63,737 bases of DNA, filler included, from a bacterium (GCA_041690355.1; 3 parts of 3 records of this genome joined end to end with filler, not necessarily neighbours in it); one strand, 5' to 3'. Positions 12,064 to 21,013 are shown, counted from the whole stretch's first letter. Program-made: numbers and translations. The notes: generated from the letters alone by a model not told the origin.

Positions 12064-12302
12064 CGTCGGCGGCCGTGCTCAATCGCTTCGAGAACCTCAT
12101 CCGCGTCGAATGTTCTTCGCACCGAAGCCCGCAGCTTGCGGATTCGCCGCAACTGTTCCTGGACCGGTGGCCGGGTCTGCAGGAGCGCCTGTTCAAGGAA
12201 GGCAATCACTTGCCCGTTCAGGCTTCGGTGGTTGGCTTCTGCGGTATCCTTCAACCGCCGATAGATGTCGTCGGGGAGATTCTTGATCGTGAGGTTGGGC
12301 AT
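12060..12302 (-). CDS. Arc/FitA-like ribbon-helix-helix antitoxin
   Basis: MPNLTIKNLPDDIYRRLK...ANHRSLNGQVI signature; directly upstream of vapC. Confidence 0.88.
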   Translation of the reverse strand: MPNLTIKNLPDDIYRRLKDTAEANHRSLNGQVIAFLEQALLQTRPPVQEQLRRIRKLRASVRRTFDADEVLEAIEHGRRR

Positions 12303-12304
12303 CG

Positions 12305-12323
12305 TGGAACCGTTTTGGTTCCA
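12305..12323. promoter_or_regulatory. Inverted repeat TGGAACC-N5-GGTTCCA, likely TA autoregulatory operator
   Basis: Perfect 7-bp arms immediately upstream of the antitoxin ATG. Confidence 0.6.
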
Positions 12324-12439
12324 TTATGGTTCTTTTCGGGGATGCCTGCAAGTTGGGGATGCCTGCAAACATGGCTCCACCATGGGATGGATGGCGGCTC
12401 CTCCGCGGCCGGAAACCGGGAATATGCTATGCTCATGAG

Positions 12440-12715
12440 GTGAAATCGGTCCAGGACATCGAAAAGGAAATCCTTCGCCTGTCGCCGGCCGAACGCGAAT
12501 ACCTGGCCCGCGTCGGATAGTCTGGATTAATCTGACCTGCTTCCGGACGAAGACGCATTCCGGCTTGCGCGCGAGGGGGACCAGGACATCGCTTCCGGGA
12601 AAACCCAGGTGCTCAGCGACGCGGAATTCCGCGACCGGACGACCCCCCACAAGAAGCGGTGAAGCTCGAGTATCACCCGGGTACGGTGGATGATCTTAAT
12701 CGGGCGGTCGCCTGA
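12440..12715 (+). pseudogene. Degraded addiction-module antitoxin plus truncated RelE/ParE-like toxin
   Basis: VKSVQDIEKEILRLSPAEREYLAR, then a frameshift to DSLD*SDLLPDEDAFRLAREGDQDIASGKTQVLSDAEFRDR; overlapping GTG12659 gives VKLEYHPGTVDDLNRAVA* (only 18 aa). Confidence 0.65.
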
Positions 12716-12728
12716 CGACGGTGGGCCC

Positions 12729-12769
12729 TTGCGTATGCCCAAATAGGGAATTATAATACCCAATATGGG
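12729..12769 (+). promoter_or_regulatory. Sigma70 promoter TTGCGT-17-TATAAT, leaderless, with two CCCAA.A.GGG operators
   Basis: -35 at 12729-12734, -10 at 12752-12757, ATG 7 nt later; CCCAAATAGGG at 12738-12748 and CCCAATATGGG at 12759-12769. Confidence 0.7.
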
Positions 12770-13406
12770 CACATACGCTGGTAAAGTTGAGCCACAGCCG
12801 GTTTCCTCCCTCCGAAGCGGTGTCGCCGACGCCCTGTTTTCCTCCACGAAGCAGCGTGTGCTGGCCCTGCTCTTTGGCCAACCCGAGCGCAGCTTTTACA
12901 CGACGGAAATGATCGCTTTGACCGGCGCCGGTTCGGGCGCCGTGCAGCGGGAGCTGGCTCAATTGGAAACGAGTGGTCTGGTGGTCACCACGCGACTGGG
13001 CAACCAGAAGCATTACCGGGCCAACCCTGCATCGCCGATTTTTTCGGAGCTCTGCTCCATCGTCGGAAAGACACTGGGTTCCGGCGAAGTCATTCGGGCC
13101 GCTCTGGCGCCTCTCGCAACGCAGATCGACCTGTCATTTGTCTACGGCTCGATGGCCAGCGGCAAGGACACGAGTACGAGCGACATCGATCTGCTTATCG
13201 TATCCGACACCTTGACCCTCGAAGAGATTTACGAAGCGTTGCGCCAAGTCGAACAGCAGCTCGGTCGTCCCATCCACATCACGCTGCTGACACAAGGGGA
13301 ATTTCGAACGCGGCACGCCAGTCGCCAACCCTTTCTGACGCGCCTTCTCGCAGGGAATCGGCTCCGGCTTTTTGGAAATGAGCGTGAGCTCCTCGGCGCT
13401 CCATAA
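12765..13406 (+). CDS. HTH plus minimal nucleotidyltransferase (MNT) antitoxin
   Basis: N-terminal wHTH (LFSSTKQRVLALLF...GAVQREL); YGSMASG..TSTSDIDLLIV NTase motif. Confidence 0.88.
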   Translation: MGTYAGKVEPQPVSSLRSGVADALFSSTKQRVLALLFGQPERSFYTTEMIALTGAGSGAVQRELAQLETSGLVVTTRLGNQKHYRANPASPIFSELCSIVGKTLGSGEVIRAALAPLATQIDLSFVYGSMASGKDTSTSDIDLLIVSDTLTLEEIYEALRQVEQQLGRPIHITLLTQGEFRTRHASRQPFLTRLLAGNRLRLFGNERELLGAP

Positions 13407-13820
13407 CCTCGTTCGCATCGGGCAGCTCAAGGCCGAACCCCCTGCACAGGCCGAGTTCGACGGTCTGGTTCGATCCGGAGTGGCGAGGCTCGAGGATTCG
13501 AAGAACACAGACTTACGTCTCGAAAGTCGCTTCGATCTCGCCTACAACGCCGCGACGCACTGTCCCTTGCGGCATTGCGCTGGCATGGATACCGCTCGGA
13601 CAACCGCTTTCAGGTCTTTCAGTGCCTGGCGAATACGCTTTCTGTTGCGTCAACCGATCTGCGAATTCTCAGCGATGCCCACCGGAAGCGGAATCTGAGT
13701 GAATACGAGGGGCTTGTCGAGATTGAAGAAGCCTTGGTTCAGTCGCTCATCCGAATCGGTGACGACATCGTCGCTCGGCTGTCGAAGCTCGGCCCTGTGG
13801 TCCAGGATAAAGAGTCCTGA
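13378..13820 (+). pseudogene. HEPN-like toxin partner of MNT, 1-bp frameshift near 13555
   Basis: Frame 1 reads ...SRFDLAYNAA and frame 2 reads ALSLAALRWHGYRSDNRFQVFQCL...HRKRNLSEYEG. Inserting one C in gccgcg|acgcactg restores AAHALSLAALRW. Confidence 0.75.
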
Positions 13821-13895
13821 CTCGACCGGCTCGCAGTGCAAGGTTCTCCTGGGTTCACCTTCAGGCAGAACGGGCGGACTTCTTCCGCTCGCGGC

Positions 13896-14327
13896 TCAGC
13901 TGTTCGCCCCCGCCAGCCCGCTGATCCGCGCGCTGCCTGCGAGGCGCGCCACGAGCGCGTCGTCGGCGCTGAGGTAGGGAACGATCAGGGTCTCGGCGAG
14001 CGCGAGGTAGGCGGCGGTGTAGAAATCCACCTGATGCCGGCGGGCGGCGAGAAAGGCGTGGGCCGACAGCTCGCGGGTCAGCGTATGGATTTGCAGCGGC
14101 AGTGCGCGCACGGCCTGCCATGCGGCTTCCGCGTTTAAGTTTGCATCCGCGCCGAAGCGGGCGAGCCAGGCCGCGAATTCCCAGGGGAAGATTTCGGGAA
14201 CGTGGGCGCGGTCGTGCCCCTTGGCGAGCCGATCGAGCAGCACGCGCGACTCCACCACGTGCGCTTCCTGGGCGTTCGGGATGAACCATTTGGCGGCGAC
14301 GGCCGGGTCGAGCACGTACTCACTCAT
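13896..14327 (-). CDS. PIN-domain toxin (VapC-like, divergent active site)
   Basis: YVLDPAVAAKWF, WE, FYTAAYLALAE, YLSADD; overlaps the upstream RHH gene. Confidence 0.8.
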   Translation of the reverse strand: MSEYVLDPAVAAKWFIPNAQEAHVVESRVLLDRLAKGHDRAHVPEIFPWEFAAWLARFGADANLNAEAAWQAVRALPLQIHTLTRELSAHAFLAARRHQVDFYTAAYLALAETLIVPYLSADDALVARLAGSARISGLAGANS

Positions 14328-14595
14328 CGCCGCTCCTGAACTTGCGCAGCCACTCTTCGGCGGGAGCGGCGGGGGGCTGCACGTCGCGGCGCATCTGCTG
14401 GATGGCCTGGAGCGCCTCGAGCGCTTCGGGTTCCGCAACATGTGCGGAAGGCGCCCGCTTCCCCTCCGGCGGATTCCCCATGTAGCGCCGCAGCGCCTCG
14501 CGGATCAGTTCCGATCGCGAACGGCGCTCCCGTTCGGCGCAGGCGTCGACCTCGGCCAGGAAGTCGTCGGGAATGGAAATGAGGATGCGCGCCAT
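14320..14595 (-). CDS. CopG/RHH family antitoxin
   Basis: MARILISIPDDFLAEVD...RSRSELIREALRRY; TG-c-TATACT 8 nt upstream of the ATG (leaderless). Confidence 0.85.
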   Translation of the reverse strand: MARILISIPDDFLAEVDACAERERRSRSELIREALRRYMGNPPEGKRAPSAHVAEPEALEALQAIQQMRRDVQPPAAPAEEWLRKFRSGDE

Positions 14596-14729
14596 CGGCG
14601 ATCAGTATAGCAGCGGGACCCCGGGGCCGCCCGGCGTGGGCGGGTGCACGAGAGCGTATCGCCGCAATTAGGTATCGACGGCATCCGGCGGACCTTGCGA
14701 TGATGCTCTCTTTGCACGAGGACTTCCCG

Positions 14730-14909
14730 ATGCATCCGTGCTGCGACGACATCACCGCGCTGCTTGCGCTACTCCGGATGGGCGGCATTCCGGAGGAGAG
14801 CAGCGATCCCGAGGCGGCCGCGTTTTTCCGCTCCTGCCGCGCGCACTGTGTGGGCGGCGGCGCCCGGTGTCCCTTCGGGGAACCGCTCCCCGAGGCGGTG
14901 CCGGCCTAG
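14730..14909 (+). CDS. Small Cys-rich hypothetical protein
   Basis: GAGGA before ATG14730; CC...CxxHC...CP pattern; 59 aa. Confidence 0.35.
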   Translation: MHPCCDDITALLALLRMGGIPEESSDPEAAAFFRSCRAHCVGGGARCPFGEPLPEAVPA

Positions 14910-14916
14910 GGCGGCG

Positions 14917-15468
14917 TCAATCCAAGGGGGGCGGAGCGTACTTCGCCAGGATGCGCCGATCGGAGAGCCAGCGGTTCAGCAGGTCGAGTCCGCCGTGACG
15001 GCGGGCTTCATCGCGGGCATACTCCGCAAGGGGCGGATTCTTGAGCACGAGCACTGCGACGTCCAGCATGTCCTGATGCCCGCCGGCATAGCATTTAGAG
15101 CGGATGAATCCCTGTGCGCTGACGAGCCGCAACCCGTACTCCTCGAGAAGAGGATGAGCACCCACGTCGGCCCCGATGGCCCCGATTGGCAGAATCTGGA
15201 CGGGAACCCCGTCAATTTCGGCTTCTGCAACCCAGGGGAGCGGATCGTCGGCGGCGCCGGCATGTACGGTGGTCGCCAATCCGATTTCGGCCAGTCGTCC
15301 CGCAACCTCTTCGGAGGTCAGATCCGTCGCAAGGTCAACGTCGGTTGTATAGCGGTCGACGCCATGGAGAAACCCGGCAAGCCCGCCTACGATGACCAGA
15401 TGGTCGCCCCCCAATGCCCGTGCGATCTTGGCCGCTGCCTGAAGCAGATCAGGGTTTTGGTTTTCCAT
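14917..15468 (-). CDS. Nucleotidyltransferase-fold protein (AbiEii/DUF6036-like)
   Basis: VIVGGLA...HG..RYTTDVDL and C-terminal K.....QD..DV motifs. Confidence 0.7.
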   Translation of the reverse strand: MENQNPDLLQAAAKIARALGGDHLVIVGGLAGFLHGVDRYTTDVDLATDLTSEEVAGRLAEIGLATTVHAGAADDPLPWVAEAEIDGVPVQILPIGAIGADVGAHPLLEEYGLRLVSAQGFIRSKCYAGGHQDMLDVAVLVLKNPPLAEYARDEARRHGGLDLLNRWLSDRRILAKYAPPPLD

Positions 15469-15631
15469 CTCGGTTCTTAAGCGTCTCCCGCACCGCCAGC
15501 GCGGCTTTGGCCGTGCGGCGCATGATCCCGAGTTTCCGCACGCGTTCGGCGATGATCTCGGGAGAGAGATCGAGAACAACCGGCGTAGAGGTGTCGACGC
15601 GACGGCGATCGGTCGGATCCTTCGGGTTCAT
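15449..15631 (-). CDS. Small basic protein coupled to the NTase (putative partner/antitoxin)
   Basis: 60 aa with DLSPEIIAERVRKL; overlaps the NTase start; AGGA SD. Confidence 0.5.
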   Translation of the reverse strand: MNPKDPTDRRRVDTSTPVVLDLSPEIIAERVRKLGIMRRTAKAALAVRETLKNRDGKPKP

Positions 15632-15745
15632 GATCACATCCTACCGGATTCCACTTTCCCGCACGAGTCGGCTCAGACCGCCGATTTCTCTTCGACCGCC
15701 CGCGGAAGGATCGCTATAATGAATCCTTTTGTGCGGAGGATTCCC

Positions 15746-16804
15746 TTGAAAACCATTCAGAAGAAGAGCGGCCACTTTCTCGAGGACTTCAAAGCGGGCC
15801 AGGTCTTTCGCCACAAGGGCGGAAAAACCGTGACCGAGGGCCTGTTCAACGATTTCACGGACTTCGTCTTCACGACGAACCCGCTGTCGAAGAACGTGGA
15901 ATTTGCGAAGGCCTACGGCTTTCAGGGGCTCGTCTGCCCGCCGGGCATGGTCATGAACGTCGTGTTCAGCCAGACCGTCGAAGACATCAGCGAGAACGCC
16001 CGCGCCAACCTGGGATACGTGAACATGCAGTTCGGCGTGCCCCTCTACGTCGGCGACACGGTCGAGGTCGAGACGAAGATCCTCAAGGTCACCCCGAGCA
16101 GCAAGGATCAGGATCGCGGCGTGGTCACCGTGCAGAGCACCGGCCGCAACCAGCGCGGCGAAGTCGTGCTCACGTTCCAGCGCTCGGTGCAGGTGTGGAA
16201 GAACGACCTCGCGGCCAAGGTGGATGACTCCGAAGTTGCCCCCGACGACCTGAAGGTGGAACCGTGGATTCCCCCCTACCAGTCGGCGGAAGTCTACCGG
16301 AAGAAGGCCCACCTGACCCGCGAAGACAACTACTTCGAGGATTTCGAAGCCGGCACGCTGATCGAGCACTCCCGCGGCCGCGTCGTCACCGACGAGCACA
16401 TCTCGCTCACCGGCAAGCTCGACAACACGAGCCAGGTGCACTGCAACCAGAACCTCATCGACCGGAACCCCGACAAGTACATCGGCGGCAAGCTGCTGGT
16501 CTACGGCGGAATTCCGTTCAACCTGTCGCTCGGCCTCAGTTCCCCCGACGTCGACAACAACGCCGTGGCCGACATCGTCTACACTTCGGGCAAGCACGTG
16601 GGCCCCATCTTCGCCGGCGACACGGTCTTCGCGACGACGGAGATCCGCGCGAAGGAAGACATGCCCGGCCGTCCCGACCTGGGCAGGCTGGTGACCACGC
16701 TGCGCGGCCACAAGTTCGTCCAGAAGGACGGCGAGTGGAAGAAGGTCGAAGTCTTCTATCTGGAACGCGAGCTGGCCGTGAAGCGCCGCTCGCACTACCT
16801 GTAA
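15746..16804 (+). CDS. Double hot-dog MaoC-family dehydratase (mesaconyl-CoA/2-methylfumaryl-CoA hydratase-like)
   Basis: GGAGGA then TTG; two repeats (FLEDFKAG and YFEDFEAG); TVEDISENARANLGY, VGDT and GVVTV motifs. Confidence 0.75.
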   Translation: MKTIQKKSGHFLEDFKAGQVFRHKGGKTVTEGLFNDFTDFVFTTNPLSKNVEFAKAYGFQGLVCPPGMVMNVVFSQTVEDISENARANLGYVNMQFGVPLYVGDTVEVETKILKVTPSSKDQDRGVVTVQSTGRNQRGEVVLTFQRSVQVWKNDLAAKVDDSEVAPDDLKVEPWIPPYQSAEVYRKKAHLTREDNYFEDFEAGTLIEHSRGRVVTDEHISLTGKLDNTSQVHCNQNLIDRNPDKYIGGKLLVYGGIPFNLSLGLSSPDVDNNAVADIVYTSGKHVGPIFAGDTVFATTEIRAKEDMPGRPDLGRLVTTLRGHKFVQKDGEWKKVEVFYLERELAVKRRSHYL

Positions 16805-16846
16805 GCGGCCGGGGTTCCGAGAAGACCCCCGCCCGAGTTTGATTTG

Positions 16847-16875
16847 AGGGCCCGGCTCGCGCCGGGCCCTTTTTT
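16847..16875 (+). terminator. Rho-independent terminator
   Basis: AGGGCCCGGC-TCGC-GCCGGGCCCT followed by a T-run. Confidence 0.85.
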
Positions 16876-17322
16876 GCCACTCGGAGCCGCTGCTCCCTCC
16901 CCATAGCCACCAGACGCTGGAAAACACCCAGGGCGCGCAGAGCAGGGTATATACGTCGTATATCGTACGTATGTGTAGCGGACTTTCAGGGGGTGGGTTT
17001 TTGAGGGGTGTCGCCTGAATCCTTAGGGGGCGGAGCCTGTCACCGGACGTTCAAGCGGAACCGACGGTGATCCGTCGCCGAGCTCCGCCGCATGGGAAAG
17101 GAAGCCACGGCTACCCTTCGATGCGGAGAGACGACCCCTTTTTTCGCGTGCTGGGTATATATGCTCTATATACCATCGGGCTCAGACCCCACCCCTTTCG
17201 GGCGCATCAGGGGGAACTCCAACGGACCTGCTCCGGTGCCTCTCGATTGTCCTTGCTTCTACCGACGTCCGACGTCCGCCGTCCGACGTCCCGGTCTTGG
17301 CGTCCGACTTCCGGTGTAAGCC

Positions 17323-17706
17323 TCAAGCCCGGGCGGCGCCGGCACAGTGCCCGGCCACGGTGTGCAACAGCGTTTCCATATCGACGGGCTTGCGCAGGTA
17401 CTGGGTCCCCTCGGGGAGGCGCGCCTTGTCGACGACCGCCGAAACGACGGCAATGGGAATCCCGGCCAGCGCGCCGTCGTCGCGGACGACCGAGAGAAAT
17501 TCCCAGCCGTCCATGACCGGCATCATGAGGTCGAGCAGAATCAGGCAGGGCTCGCCTTCACAGTCCCTCACGCGGGCGAGCGCTTCGCTGCCGTTGGCAG
17601 CCTCGACGACCGTATAGCCCTCGATTTCGAGAAGCTCCCGCATGGCTTCGCGGATGTGGGGGTCGTCTTCGACGACCAGGACATAGCAGGTGGGGGACTT
17701 TTGCAT
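17323..17706 (-). CDS. Single-domain response regulator (CheY-like)
   Basis: VLVVEDD, LILLDLMMPVMDG and KP motifs. Confidence 0.93.
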   Translation of the reverse strand: MQKSPTCYVLVVEDDPHIREAMRELLEIEGYTVVEAANGSEALARVRDCEGEPCLILLDLMMPVMDGWEFLSVVRDDGALAGIPIAVVSAVVDKARLPEGTQYLRKPVDMETLLHTVAGHCAGAARA

Positions 17707-17819
17707 GGCTTGTGGGACGCTGTGGGTTACCCCAGTTCAGTGTACAACAAGATACAACGTTTGAAACCGGAAATTGTCACACCGGCCGCGCCGGACCGGT
17801 GAGGATCACCACCCGCTCA

Positions 17820-19265
17820 TCAGACGATCTTCTTGCCGTGGGCCGCCCGGTGCTCGGCGGCCAGCCGTGCGTCCTGGTCGAATTCGCCCCGGTCGAGCCG
17901 CGCGAAGTAATTGATCGTATCGTGGCGCAGCTGCGGAAAGAGCATCCAGACGGCCAGCAGGTTGGGAACGACCATCAGCCCCAGCATGATGTCCGAGAAG
18001 TTGAGCACCGGCCCATAGGTCCACATGGCGCCGACGAAGGCGAGCACGCAGAACACCGCCTTGTAGGCGAGGATGGCCCCCTTGGACTTCTCGCGGAAAA
18101 TGTAATCGACCGCCCGTTCGCCGTAGTAGGACCAGCTGATGAGGGTCGAATAGGCGAACATGGCGACGGCAATCGGCACGAACCAGGTGCCGAAACCGGG
18201 AATGACCTGGTTGAACGCATACGCCGTGAGTTCGACACCGGGTTTGGCCACCTCGGGGCCCACGGCCCAGGCGCCGGTGATGAGGATGACGAGCGCCGTC
18301 ATCGTGCAGATGATGACCGTATCGATGAACGGCTCGAGCAGGGCCACGACCCCTTCGCGCACCGGCTCGTCGGTGGCGGCCGCCGCGTGGGCGATGGGGG
18401 CCGAGCCGAGACCGGCCTCGTTGGAGAAAGCCGCCCGGCGGACCCCCTGGATGAGCACCTGGCTGATGGCGATCCCCGCGAACCCTCCGGCCGCCGCCGT
18501 GCCCGTGAAGGCCTCGGTCACGATGCGCAGCAGGAGCTCGGGAACGAGCGGAAGATTCATGGCGATGACGAGCGCCGCGCCGAGCATGTAAATGCCGCCC
18601 ATGAAGGGCACCAGGAACGCGGTCACCTTGCCGATGCGCGTGATGCCCCCGAGGATGACCATGCCCGTCAGGATGGCGATGGTCACGCCGGTCACCGCGC
18701 GGGGCACCGCATAGGCAGACTCGAGGATGATGGCCACCTGATTGGTCTGAAACATGTTCGCGGCGCCGAACGAGGCCGCGATGGCGGCCAGCGCGAAGAA
18801 GACCGCCAGGGGACGCCAGCGCTTGCCGAGGCCGCGCTCGATGTAGTGCATGGGACCGCCGTGCACGACGCCGTTCTCATCGATGTGCCGGTATTTCACG
18901 GCCAGCGTACATTCCGCATACTTCGTAGCCATGCCGACGAAGCCCGCGACGATCATCCAGAAGGTCGCGCCGGGCCCGCCGAAGTGCATGGCGACGGCGA
19001 CGCCCGCGATGTTGCCCAGGCCGACGGTGGCCGAGAGGGCGGTGGTCAAGGCCTGAAAATGCGAGATCTGACCGGGCTCGTCCGGGTCGTCATAGCGCCC
19101 GCGGACGATGTCAATGGCGTGAAGAAAACCGCGCAGCTGCACCGGGCCGCGCCGGGTTCCCAACAGAAGCGACAGCAGAATGCCGGTCCCGATGAGCAGG
19201 ACGACCATCGGAATGTTCCAGACATATCCGACGACGGTTTCGAGAAGACTTTCGATCCATTGCAC
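17820..19265 (-). CDS. Alanine/glycine:cation symporter (AGCS family)
   Basis: ALSATVGLGNIAGVA, GGPGATFWM, GGPMHYI and FSNEAGLGSAPIAHA motifs. Confidence 0.95.
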   Translation of the reverse strand: MQWIESLLETVVGYVWNIPMVVLLIGTGILLSLLLGTRRGPVQLRGFLHAIDIVRGRYDDPDEPGQISHFQALTTALSATVGLGNIAGVAVAMHFGGPGATFWMIVAGFVGMATKYAECTLAVKYRHIDENGVVHGGPMHYIERGLGKRWRPLAVFFALAAIAASFGAANMFQTNQVAIILESAYAVPRAVTGVTIAILTGMVILGGITRIGKVTAFLVPFMGGIYMLGAALVIAMNLPLVPELLLRIVTEAFTGTAAAGGFAGIAISQVLIQGVRRAAFSNEAGLGSAPIAHAAAATDEPVREGVVALLEPFIDTVIICTMTALVILITGAWAVGPEVAKPGVELTAYAFNQVIPGFGTWFVPIAVAMFAYSTLISWSYYGERAVDYIFREKSKGAILAYKAVFCVLAFVGAMWTYGPVLNFSDIMLGLMVVPNLLAVWMLFPQLRHDTINYFARLDRGEFDQDARLAAEHRAAHGKKIV

Positions 19266-19447
19266 GCTGCACCTCGGGGCGAACGGAGAAAAGGCAGCCC
19301 GGCGGCTGCCCTGCGGCGAACGCGCTCGCGACCGGCTCCCGGGCCGATCGGCGCGTCTCGCGGCGCGGGGTATACGCTAACAAATCGCGTGCGGATGCGT
19401 CAATTCGGACGGCGGACGCCGGACGTCTGACGTCGGGGTAGATACAA

Positions 19448-19918
19448 CCGTTCGTCTCGAGCCGACGGTTGCAGGCAGAGCCGGAAACGACGGCGAGACA
19501 TGCACCAGGGTACCCATGTGCGCTCCCTCGCTGTCGCGCTCCACGCTGTTGCGCGCCGTCAGCTCGGGACGAACGGGCGGCAGTCATCAGTCATCAGTCG
19601 TCAGTCGGCAGTCTATTTCCGTTCGTGTCGAGCCGACGGTTGCAGGCAGAGCCGGAAACGACGGCGAGACATGCACCAGGGTACCCATGTGCGCTCCCTC
19701 GCTGTCGCGCTCCACGCTGTTTCGCGCCGTCAGCTCGGGACGAACGGGCGGCAGTCATCAGTCGTCAGTCGGCAGTCGGCAGTCTATTTCCGTTCGTGTC
19801 GAGCCGACGGTTGAAGGCAGAGCCGGAAACGACGGCGAGACATTCACCAGGGTACCCATGTGCGCTCCCTCGCTGTCGCGCTCCACGCTGTTGCGCGCCG
19901 TCAGCTCGGGACGAACGG
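19448..19918. repeat. Three tandem 129-bp TIR elements (171-bp period) separated by CAGTCRT heptamer spacers
   Basis: Cores at 19448-19576, 19619-19747 and 19790-19918; the ends ccgttcgt(c/g)tcgagccgacgg and ccgtcagctcgggacgaacgg are imperfect 21-bp inverted repeats. Confidence 0.92.
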
Positions 19919-20024
19919 TAAGCTGCGGTCGACTGGAATCACGTTCGCGCTCCTCCAGGGTGCACCTTCGCAGTGCCCCCCTCGGGGGAACGCATCCGTC
20001 AATTCCGTCCGTGAGGGAGGGGGG

Positions 20025-20972
20025 TCAGGTGCGCTGGAAGACGAGCGACGTCCACTCTTCGTCGTTGTTGCTCTCGAGAAACTCGAGCTTGCCGTGCATG
20101 AACGCATCCCGGACGAGTGACGCCTTGTTCCGCAGGATCCCGGAGAGGATCAGGATCCCGCCGGGCGCGAGGCGGGCCCGGAGGGACTCGTTCATCTCGA
20201 TGATCGTCTCGGCCAGAATATTGGCGACCACGAGCTCGAACTCTTCCTTCAGATCCTCGATGGGGGTCGTGCCGGTTTCAACCTTCCCCTTGAGGCCGTT
20301 CAGACGCACGTTCTCGGCCGCGGTCTCGACGGCAACCGGGTCGTTGTCGATGGCCACCACGCGGGGAATGCCGAATTTGGCCGCCACGATGGCCAGAATC
20401 CCGGAGCCTGTTCCGACGTCCAGGGCACTTCTGACGGGACGGCGCAGTCCGCCCACTTCTTCGCGCTGCGCGTAGCGGCGGATGGCGTCGATGCACAGGC
20501 GGGTCGTCTGGTGATGCCCCGTGCCGAAGGCCATGCCGGGATCGATCTCGATGATCATTTCCCCGTCTTTCGGCTTGTAGCTCTCCCAGGTCGGCTTGAC
20601 GACGATGCCGGGGCCGACCGACATCGGCTTGAAGAAGCGCTTCCAGGTGTGCGCCCAGTCTTCGCCGGCGAGCGTCGAAATGCTCATCTGCGGGGTGGGG
20701 TATTCGGGAAACTCCTGGTGGACGACCTTGAGAAAGCTCTCGAGGGCGGCGATCAGGTCCTTGGCCAGGTCGACCTGAAAGTAGCACTTGATCGTGGCCA
20801 GCCGGTAGGGGCCCTCCTCGGCATAGGCACCCTCGCCGAGGTGCACGTCGCTGTCGTCGATCAGGAGGCCGCTGGCCCCCAGCTCGATCATCCGGTTGCC
20901 CACGACGTCGGCGACCGGCTCTGCCAGGCGTACCGACACCTCCGTCCACTCCCGTTCCTTCTGCGCAGCCAT
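20025..20972 (-). CDS. prmA: 50S ribosomal protein L11 methyltransferase
   Basis: EDWAHTWKRFFKP, IDPGMAFGTGHHQTT, LDVGTGSGIL, VVANIL and LILSGIL motifs. Confidence 0.95.
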   Translation of the reverse strand: MAAQKEREWTEVSVRLAEPVADVVGNRMIELGASGLLIDDSDVHLGEGAYAEEGPYRLATIKCYFQVDLAKDLIAALESFLKVVHQEFPEYPTPQMSISTLAGEDWAHTWKRFFKPMSVGPGIVVKPTWESYKPKDGEMIIEIDPGMAFGTGHHQTTRLCIDAIRRYAQREEVGGLRRPVRSALDVGTGSGILAIVAAKFGIPRVVAIDNDPVAVETAAENVRLNGLKGKVETGTTPIEDLKEEFELVVANILAETIIEMNESLRARLAPGGILILSGILRNKASLVRDAFMHGKLEFLESNNDEEWTSLVFQRT

Positions 20973-21013
20973 CCCTACAGGATAGCGAAGCGCTCCCCCG
21001 GGAGCAACCGGGA

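Noticed and set aside
19448-19918. CRISPR array
   Set aside because: Repeats are 129 bp, the spacers are near-identical heptamer runs rather than unique sequences, and no cas genes are present.
19469-19921. Repeat-protein ORFs across the 171-bp array
   Set aside because: They are open only because the period is a multiple of three; several frames are open, there is no SD, and the unit is structured DNA.
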